Origin: Actinomycetota bacterium
GTDB lineage: Bacteria > Actinomycetota > UBA4738 > HRBIN12
Assembly (NCBI GenBank): GCA_036265325.1
Contig: DATAPH010000060.1
Span: 13,993-77,992, forward strand
DNA length: 64,000 bases
Reading direction: 5' to 3'
Part shown: positions 57,934 through 64,000 of the stretch, piece after piece
Layout of the letters: each line of letters opens with the position of its first letter
Numbering within the stretch: the first letter of the stretch is position 1
Made by a program: the position numbers and the translations under genes
Notes under the pieces: generated by a model
The model's input: the letters and a program-made list of their open reading frames with translations, nothing else
Told to the model about the DNA's origin: nothing
The model's database searches: none

Positions 57934-59963
57934 CAGGACGCCCCCGGTTCGAGCACGTAGGCGGTCGTCTGGCCGATCGGGAACGACACCGAGTTGCCGT
58001 GGACGTCGAGGTGGATCGTCTTGCCGGTCAGCAGGTCGTGCATCGTGCCGCCGCCGACGGCGGCTTTGAGGTCCGGCGTCATCGTCATCGAGAAGTCGGA
58101 CACCTTCTTGTCGAAGTTGCACATCACGAGCACCGGTGCGCCGCCTCCGCTCGGCGGACGGACGTAGGCGAGGACGCTGTCTGCGTTCGTCTGGAGCACG
58201 TCGATGTCGTGACCGTTCAACGTCGGCGTGTCGTGCTTGAGCTGGATCAGCCGCTCGTAGAGCGGCAGCAGACCGTGCTTGTCCTTCCACGGGATCGGCT
58301 GCAGGTTCGAGTACGGCTCGTAGCTCGCGCCGATCTCATCGCCGGCGAACATCTCCGGGATCCCCGGCAGCGTGAACTGCATCACCGCCGCGACCTTCGT
58401 CATCGGGGCGCCGTACTGGTCGACGAACCGGATGCCGGTGTCGTTGTTGTTCAGGAACCGCATGACGATCGCGTCGGCCGCATATCCCATAGACCCGTTC
58501 GTGATCGCAGGCGAGAGCAGCGCGCCCGCCTCGGCGGGGAACTTGAACGCCGACGCCCATGCCCACTGGCCCGGCTGATCCGTCCAGTCGTATGCGACGT
58601 CGAACCCGTGGGAGAAGTAGAAGGGGTCGACCGCGGATGCCTCGGCGAGCATCAGCACGTCAGGGTCGACGCGTTTGATGGCGCTGCGGAGCTCGGGCAG
58701 GAAGTCCGGGCGCCGCTTCTTGATCCCCCACACGGCGTCGACGCGGAACCCATCGATCCCCATGCGCACCCAATGGACGAACGCCTCGGTGATCATGGCG
58801 CGGACCTCCGGGTTGTCGTAGTTGAGGTTCGGCAGGTTCTTCCAGTCGAAGTAGTGCGTCGGCGTTCCTGACGCGTTGCGGTCGAAGAAGTTGTAGTAGT
58901 GCGACGCCGTGCCATTGGCCTTCGTGTCCTGGAAGTACGGACTCTTGTCGGACATGTGGTTCGGGACGATGTCGAGCAGCACATGCATGCCCAGCTGATG
59001 CGCGCGATCGATCATCTCCTTGAACGCGGACTCCGGGCCCCACGACGGATCGAGCTTGAAGTAATTGTCGATCGCGTACTCCTGGCCGGGGGTCCGCTTC
59101 TCCGAGGGCGGCCAGAGCCACAACGCGTCGACGCCGAGCTTCTTCAGGTACTCGAGGTGCCGCGTGATCGCCTTCGGGCCGCCGTTGCCCCAGAGCTGCG
59201 GGATCGGCGCGTAGATCACCGCGGAGTCGATCCACGACGGGTGCTCGCGGGCCATGTCGACGGCCCGCGCCTGCCCGTTGTCGACGACGAAGTAGGTCGT
59301 GCTCGTGTCGGACCTGCCCTTCGAGTCCGTCACCGTGAGCGAGGCGTAGTACTCCCCGTCCGTCGACGGCGTCCGCAAGACCAGACGCTGTCCCGGCACC
59401 GACCCGTGCAGCGGCTGGCCCGAGGCCAGCGTCACCTGTGACGGATGGCGCGGATCGGTGTGCCACTCGTATCGTTCGATCGGCGCCCCGTCGGGCATCG
59501 CGGAGTCACTGCCCGATCCGTCCAGGACCACCGTCGAGCCGTTGACCGTCACGCGGATCCGGGCCGTCGGACCGGCGGTCAGACGCTCGTCGAACTCGAG
59601 CGGCTGCGACTGCTCGCCGGAGCCGCACGAGGCGACGATCGCATTCCGGCCGGAGCCGAGCGGCGCAACGACGGCGAACTTCGTGCCGTTCATCTTCACC
59701 GGCGCCTTCGTGTCGTGCCCGTTGATCGAGAGCGTGACATCGCCGCACGTCGACGTGCCGGTGAGCGCCTCGTTCCAGGCGAAGGCGTCGCCGCCGAGCG
59801 TGTCGAAGCTGACCGGACCCGCTTGCGCCGACGAAGACGGCGATGCGGACGCCGACGCGGATGGCAGAGAAGACGACGTGTCGCTCACCGCCGACGTGCA
59901 CGCTCCGACGAACACGGCGACGAGGGTCGCGGCAACGACTCGCCGTCGCGCGCTCGCATCCAC
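57933..59963 (-). CDS. secreted alpha-amylase family glycoside hydrolase (GH13) with N-terminal beta-sandwich domains, probable lipoprotein
   Basis: GFRVDAV (region II), MLAE (region III Glu) and VPNH (region I) GH13 motifs. Signal DASARRRVVAATLVAVFVGAC. GTG start shares 1 nt with the malG-like stop. Confidence 0.8.
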   Translation of the reverse strand: MDASARRRVVAATLVAVFVGACTSAVSDTSSSLPSASASASPSSSAQAGPVSFDTLGGDAFAWNEALTGTSTCGDVTLSINGHDTKAPVKMNGTKFAVVAPLGSGRNAIVASCGSGEQSQPLEFDERLTAGPTARIRVTVNGSTVVLDGSGSDSAMPDGAPIERYEWHTDPRHPSQVTLASGQPLHGSVPGQRLVLRTPSTDGEYYASLTVTDSKGRSDTSTTYFVVDNGQARAVDMAREHPSWIDSAVIYAPIPQLWGNGGPKAITRHLEYLKKLGVDALWLWPPSEKRTPGQEYAIDNYFKLDPSWGPESAFKEMIDRAHQLGMHVLLDIVPNHMSDKSPYFQDTKANGTASHYYNFFDRNASGTPTHYFDWKNLPNLNYDNPEVRAMITEAFVHWVRMGIDGFRVDAVWGIKKRRPDFLPELRSAIKRVDPDVLMLAEASAVDPFYFSHGFDVAYDWTDQPGQWAWASAFKFPAEAGALLSPAITNGSMGYAADAIVMRFLNNNDTGIRFVDQYGAPMTKVAAVMQFTLPGIPEMFAGDEIGASYEPYSNLQPIPWKDKHGLLPLYERLIQLKHDTPTLNGHDIDVLQTNADSVLAYVRPPSGGGAPVLVMCNFDKKVSDFSMTMTPDLKAAVGGGTMHDLLTGKTIHLDVHGNSVSFPIGQTTAYVLEPGAS

Positions 59964-60910
59964 TAGCCCTTCGACCCCGCGAGCGAGATCCCTTGCACGA
60001 ACTGCTTCTGGAAGATGAAGAACACGATGATCAACGGCAACGCGCCGACCACCGATCCGGCCATGATCAGGTTCCACACCGATCGGTGGCCTTGTTCGAA
60101 GAGCGCCAGTCCCAGCGGCAAGGTGTAGAGCTGCCTGCTCGCCAAGATGATCAACGGCCCGAAGAACGCCTGCCACTGGAACTGGAAGGTGAAGATCGCC
60201 ACGGCGGCGAGCGCCGGCTTCGACATCGGGATCACGATCTTCCAGTAGATGCGCCAGTGGTTGGCGCCGTCGACGCGCGCCGCGTCGATGAACTCGTCCG
60301 GGATCTGCACCATGTACTGGCGCAGCAGGAAGATCGCGAACGGGTTGCCGATGTTCGGCGCGATCAGGCCCCAGTAGGAGTCGAGCCAGCCGTGCCCACC
60401 GAACCCGGCGAGGTTGTTCCCGCCGAACAGCGGGATCCCGCGCAGGATCAGGTAGTTCGGGATCAACGTGACCTGCGACGGCAGCATCAACGTCGCGAGC
60501 CCGAGGAAGAACAAGAAGTCGCGCCCCGGGAACTTGCGCTTCGCGAACGTGTACGCCAGCAGCGAGTTGAAGAACAGTTGGAGCACCGTGATCGAGATGC
60601 TCACGAACGCGCTGTTGAAGATCCACCGGCCGATCGGGTGGTCCGACGTGAAGAAGCCGCTGTAGTTCGAGACCGTCGGGTGCAGCGGGATCCAGTGCGG
60701 CGGGTAGGAGAACATGTCCCCGAGCGGCTGGAACGACAACGTCACCATGTACACGAACGGCGCGACGAACAAGATCGCGAACGCGGTGAGGAATATGTAC
60801 GTCGCGAGCGTGCCGGGCCGCAGCCGTCGTCGCCTCGCGGGCTTCCCCACGGTGGGAACCGGAACGACGCCGCTCGGCTTGACCTCGGTGCCGCCCGCGA
60901 CGGTGCTCAT
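59963..60910 (-). CDS. carbohydrate ABC transporter permease (MalG/UgpE type)
   Basis: EAA-like loop (DAARVDGANHWRIYWKIVIPMSKP) and six TM helices. Start at MSTVAGG; the N-terminal 288 aa of the track ORF are rejected. Confidence 0.9.
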   Translation of the reverse strand: MSTVAGGTEVKPSGVVPVPTVGKPARRRRLRPGTLATYIFLTAFAILFVAPFVYMVTLSFQPLGDMFSYPPHWIPLHPTVSNYSGFFTSDHPIGRWIFNSAFVSISITVLQLFFNSLLAYTFAKRKFPGRDFLFFLGLATLMLPSQVTLIPNYLILRGIPLFGGNNLAGFGGHGWLDSYWGLIAPNIGNPFAIFLLRQYMVQIPDEFIDAARVDGANHWRIYWKIVIPMSKPALAAVAIFTFQFQWQAFFGPLIILASRQLYTLPLGLALFEQGHRSVWNLIMAGSVVGALPLIIVFFIFQKQFVQGISLAGSKG

Positions 60911-61854
60911 CGTTCCACCTGCTTGACGTACCACCGGAACTGGATGAGCGACAGCGCGAAGACGACCAGGAACAGGGTCCACGCGAGCGCCGAGGCCTTG
61001 CCCATCTTCAGGTATTGGAACGCGTTCAGATAGATGTAGTAGGTGACGGTGGTGGTCGCTCCACCCGGTCCGGGCGGACCGCCGCTCGTCATGACGAAGA
61101 TCTGGTCGAACGTCTGCATTCCGAGGATCGTCTGGAACACCAGCAGGAAGATGGTCGTCGGCCACAGCATCGGGATCGTGATGCGTCGCATCCGCTGCCA
61201 CGCCGTCGCGCCGTCGACCTCGGCCGCTTCGTACAACTCCGCCGGGATGGCCTGCAGGCCGGCGAGGTACACGACCATGTTGAAGCCGATGCTCAGCCAG
61301 ATCTGCATCAAGATGACCGCCGGCATCGCCCACCGCGCGTCGGCGAGGAACTGGATGGGCGTGTCGATGATGTGCAGTCGCAGTAGGTAGTAGTTGATCA
61401 GGCCGTAGTCGCCGTTGTAGAGCCATTTCCACAACAGCGTCGCGATGACGAGCGGCGTGATCGCCGGCAGGTAGAACGCGGTGCGATAGAAGCTCAGCCC
61501 GCGGATCTTGCTGTTCAGTAGCGAGGCGAGACCGAGCCCGATGACCATGCTTGGGATCATCGTTCCGAGGGTGAAGTACAGCGTGTGTCCCATCGCGGCC
61601 CACCACGTGCCGTCGTGGAGCACCGCCCGGTAGTTCGCCCATCCGACGAAGTCTCCGGACCGGGCGACCGGGTCGTAGTTGGTGAACGACAGGTACGCCG
61701 CGGCGCCCACGGCGTAGACGGTGAACACCGCGAACAGGAGCAAGCCCGGCAGCTGCATCGCGTAGGCCGTCCACTCGTTGCGCATCTGACGGGTGATGCT
61801 CCGCTTCGGCGCGGTGACGGTGATCGGCTGTTTGGGTGCGGTTACCTGCGCCAT
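60907..61854 (-). CDS. carbohydrate ABC transporter permease (MalF/UgpA type)
   Basis: EAA loop EAAEVDGATAWQRMRRITIPM and six TM helices. ATG of MAQVTAPK is preceded by GGGGAA. ATGA overlap with the downstream permease. Confidence 0.9.
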   Translation of the reverse strand: MAQVTAPKQPITVTAPKRSITRQMRNEWTAYAMQLPGLLLFAVFTVYAVGAAAYLSFTNYDPVARSGDFVGWANYRAVLHDGTWWAAMGHTLYFTLGTMIPSMVIGLGLASLLNSKIRGLSFYRTAFYLPAITPLVIATLLWKWLYNGDYGLINYYLLRLHIIDTPIQFLADARWAMPAVILMQIWLSIGFNMVVYLAGLQAIPAELYEAAEVDGATAWQRMRRITIPMLWPTTIFLLVFQTILGMQTFDQIFVMTSGGPPGPGGATTTVTYYIYLNAFQYLKMGKASALAWTLFLVVFALSLIQFRWYVKQVER

Positions 61855-61937
61855 CCCGTTCCCCAAGGGTGCGTGTGGTTCGCGGGAAGCCGGCGTCGCC
61901 GCCGGCTCCCCGCCTTCGTGTTGTCGCTACCGCGAGA

Positions 61938-63272
61938 TCAACCGCCCGACAACATCTGCTGGCCGTTCTGGGCGGCCGTGTTGATCGCCTCCTCGGGCGT
62001 GATGTCGCCGTAGATCGCCTTGCCGAGTTGCTTGTTCAGCTCGTCGGAGACCTGGCCCCAGTTCTTGTTGCCGAGGTTGTCGGCGACGGCGCAGTCCATC
62101 TGTTGCGCGAACCCTTCCAGCCACGGGTTGTACTTCCCGAGGGCGGCGGTGTCGTTCAAGAGGTCGACGCGTGGCGGCAACAACGTGGTCGTGGGTGACC
62201 CGTACGTCCACGCCTTCATGTTGTCGGGCTGCGTCAGGTACTGCATCCACAACCAGGCGGCGTCCTGGTTCTTCGACTGGCTGAACATCACCAGGCTGTC
62301 GCCGGCGACCGTCGTCGCACATCCCCCTGGGCCCGCCGGCAGCGGCGCCACATCCCACTTGCCCTTGATCTGCGGGAACGAGGAGTTCATCTCCCCGCCG
62401 AACCAGGAGCCGGCCTCGTACATCGCGACCTTGCCCGTGGCGAACGCCACGCGGCCGTCCCACGACGTCTGGCCGTAGTAGTCCGGCGGCGAGTACTGCT
62501 TCAGTCCGACGTAGAAGTTCGCCGACTGGATGCCCTGCGGGCTGTTGAACGCGACGGAGTTGCCGTCGGCGGATGTGAGGTGGCCACCCGCTTGCCACAG
62601 GAACGGCTCCCAGTAGTACTCGGACTCCGGCGCGAAGATGGCGAACCCGTATTGCTTCTGCGCCGTGTTCGTCAGCTTGGCGGCGTCGGACTGGAATTGG
62701 TCCCACGTCCAGTCCTTGGTCGGGTACGAGAGGCCGGCCGCGTCGAACAGATCCTTCCGGTAGAACATCGCCGTCGTCTCGCCGTCGTAGGGCAGGCCGT
62801 ACGTGCTGCCGCCGTACTGGTTCATCTGGAGGAACGCCGGTACGAATTCGCTCGGCTGCGACGTCGGACTGCCCGCCATGTAGCCGTCCAGATTGACGAG
62901 CGCGTTGCGCGATCCGAACTCCGTGACCGCGCTCGAGTCGACGAACGCGACGTCGGGCGCCGTATTCCCGGCGACCTGCACGATCAGCTTGTTCGTCGCG
63001 TTGGCCGACGAAACCGACTGGAGCTGGATGTTGATGTTCGGGTGCAGCTTCTCGAAGTCCTTGACGAATCCCTGCATCTGGGGGGAGTCGCCCACCCACG
63101 ACGAGAACGTGATCGTGACCGGGCTCGTCGGTTCGACGGCCGTCTTGGGCGTGATCGACTGGCCCGGCGCGTTGCTGCCATTGTTGCCGCCGCCCAGACA
63201 GGCGGTCGAGACGATCGCCAGGACCGCGACGGTTGCCAACACCCGCCAAGAACGCCACGAGGGCCTGCGCAT
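61938..63272 (-). CDS. extracellular sugar-binding lipoprotein (ABC transporter substrate-binding protein, family 1)
   Basis: Signal/lipobox VLATVAVLAIVSTAC. Start at MRRPSW with strong RBS GGGAGGAGG. Typical SBP_bac_1 composition. Confidence 0.9.
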   Translation of the reverse strand: MRRPSWRSWRVLATVAVLAIVSTACLGGGNNGSNAPGQSITPKTAVEPTSPVTITFSSWVGDSPQMQGFVKDFEKLHPNINIQLQSVSSANATNKLIVQVAGNTAPDVAFVDSSAVTEFGSRNALVNLDGYMAGSPTSQPSEFVPAFLQMNQYGGSTYGLPYDGETTAMFYRKDLFDAAGLSYPTKDWTWDQFQSDAAKLTNTAQKQYGFAIFAPESEYYWEPFLWQAGGHLTSADGNSVAFNSPQGIQSANFYVGLKQYSPPDYYGQTSWDGRVAFATGKVAMYEAGSWFGGEMNSSFPQIKGKWDVAPLPAGPGGCATTVAGDSLVMFSQSKNQDAAWLWMQYLTQPDNMKAWTYGSPTTTLLPPRVDLLNDTAALGKYNPWLEGFAQQMDCAVADNLGNKNWGQVSDELNKQLGKAIYGDITPEEAINTAAQNGQQMLSGG

Positions 63273-63367
63273 GGTTCCTCCTCCCTCCACCCGTACCGAC
63301 GCCGTCCGGCCGGCGATCAGTCCCGGGCTCCGTTCCTTCCGTCCCGCTATACGGTCCGATCGGGGCG

Positions 63368-63442
63368 AACCGATTTGTCCGCCCGCCCGTTCAGCAAACC
63401 GATTTGTAGCGAGTCGCATCCTCGCGAGCGGTTCCGCCCGTT
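63368..63442. promoter_or_regulatory. paired direct repeats in the promoter region of the sugar-binding protein gene
   Basis: AACCGATTTGT occurs at 63368-63378 and 63397-63407. CCGCCCGTT occurs twice (near 63383 and 63434). All lie within the 184-bp intergenic region upstream of the SBP start. Confidence 0.3.
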
Positions 63443-63456
63443 GTCAAGACGGGACG

Positions 63457-64000
63457 TCAGCGGCCGATTGCGGCGCCGGTCCGCGGGTCGAACAGGTGCA
63501 GGTGGCCGGGCGCGACGGAGACCTCGATCACGTCGCCCACGCGAACGGGACGGTCGAGTCGCGCGGTCCACAGGTTGAGGCGTTCGGCGGGCGCCGGCTC
63601 CGTCTCGGTGTCGCCGACATCCTCGGCGTCGTCGGACACGAGGATCGGGGCGTTGATGACGAACCGCGCGTATGTCTCGTCGCCGAGCGTGTCGGCGGTC
63701 GCGACGGGCGCCCGGAGGCGCGCGTCATGGGGAACGGCGCCGTCGGCCTCGCGCAGATGATGCGGTCGCACCCCGACGACGATCTGACGATGCTCGTAGT
63801 CGGCGATCGTTGGACCGGCCGCGAGCGTGTCGCCGTCGATCCGCAGCGCGTGGTCGCCGATCTGGATCGCGAGGTGCCCGTCCTCGGCCCGCTCCACTGT
63901 TCCCTCCGCGATGTTCATCGGCGGCGAGCCGACGAACCCGGCGACGAACAGGTTGTCCGGCCGGTCGTAGAGGGTCGATGGGGTGTCCGCCTGCTGCAGC
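63457..64000 (-). CDS. sugar ABC transporter ATP-binding protein (MsiK/MalK type), C-terminal TOBE portion; 5' end outside window
   Basis: The frame continues open to the window edge; the upstream residues read ...NLFVAGFVGSPPMNIAEG, the typical junction between the ABC ATPase core and the TOBE domain. Confidence 0.85.
   Translation of the reverse strand, partial: LQQADTPSTLYDRPDNLFVAGFVGSPPMNIAEGTVERAEDGHLAIQIGDHALRIDGDTLAAGPTIADYEHRQIVVGVRPHHLREADGAVPHDARLRAPVATADTLGDETYARFVINAPILVSDDAEDVGDTETEPAPAERLNLWTARLDRPVRVGDVIEVSVAPGHLHLFDPRTGAAIGR

Overview
This is a high-GC (about 70%) window, almost certainly from an actinobacterial (Actinomycetota) chromosome. It is densely packed with about 50 protein-coding genes, many joined by 1-4 nt stop/start overlaps. 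I found no rRNA, tRNA, CRISPR array, transposase or integrase. The ORF track often begins ORFs at upstream alternative start codons (the TTG at the start of ORF 26034..30524 is one I verified); I trimmed these to internal starts using RBS and family knowledge. Many long ORFs on the strand opposite to well-supported genes are GC-driven artefacts and were rejected.

Main blocks:
1. 1-9.8 kb: housekeeping and sensing genes. These are an MDR dehydrogenase, a GGDEF-EAL sensor, a GcvT-like aminomethyltransferase, HtrA, an SRPBCC protein, a methyltransferase, a secreted protein and DinB. A 0.5-kb low-GC non-coding gap (5935..6428) contains a candidate structured RNA.
2. 16.2-18.1 kb: a translationally coupled LigC-type ATP-dependent DNA ligase and stand-alone primase-polymerase pair.
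3. 20.5-30.4 kb: one minus-strand operon, lhr helicase, then nei (Nei2-type glycosylase), then a 1172-aa zinc-ribbon/class III cyclase/AAA(STAND)/TPR protein, then a second cyclase with an N-terminal HTH. The last three junctions are all GTGA stop/start overlaps. This fusion of a DNA-repair pair to cyclic-nucleotide signalling proteins is the most unusual thing in the window.
4. 30.9-43.6 kb: a candidate amine catabolic island. It holds two PLP decarboxylases, an APC permease, a PuuA-like gamma-glutamyl ligase immediately followed by a P450 (Ipu-like logic), a PuuD-like hydrolase, LigB-type extradiol dioxygenase, ALDH, FAH and ADC family enzymes, and MarR. A perfect 13-bp tandem repeat overlaps the ligase start.
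5. 43.6-64 kb: a long minus-strand glycan utilisation cluster. It holds GH9, GH10, GH13 and a GH106-like enzyme, an uncharacterised 701-aa GH-like protein, ribokinase, a PIG-L deacetylase, an SthA-like flavoprotein, a sugar ABC importer and two MsiK-type ATPases.

Coordinates of trimmed starts are approximate to +/-3 nt. In a few places (around 30480, 33903 and 49194) my hand translation was off by one base from the track; I defer to the track there.
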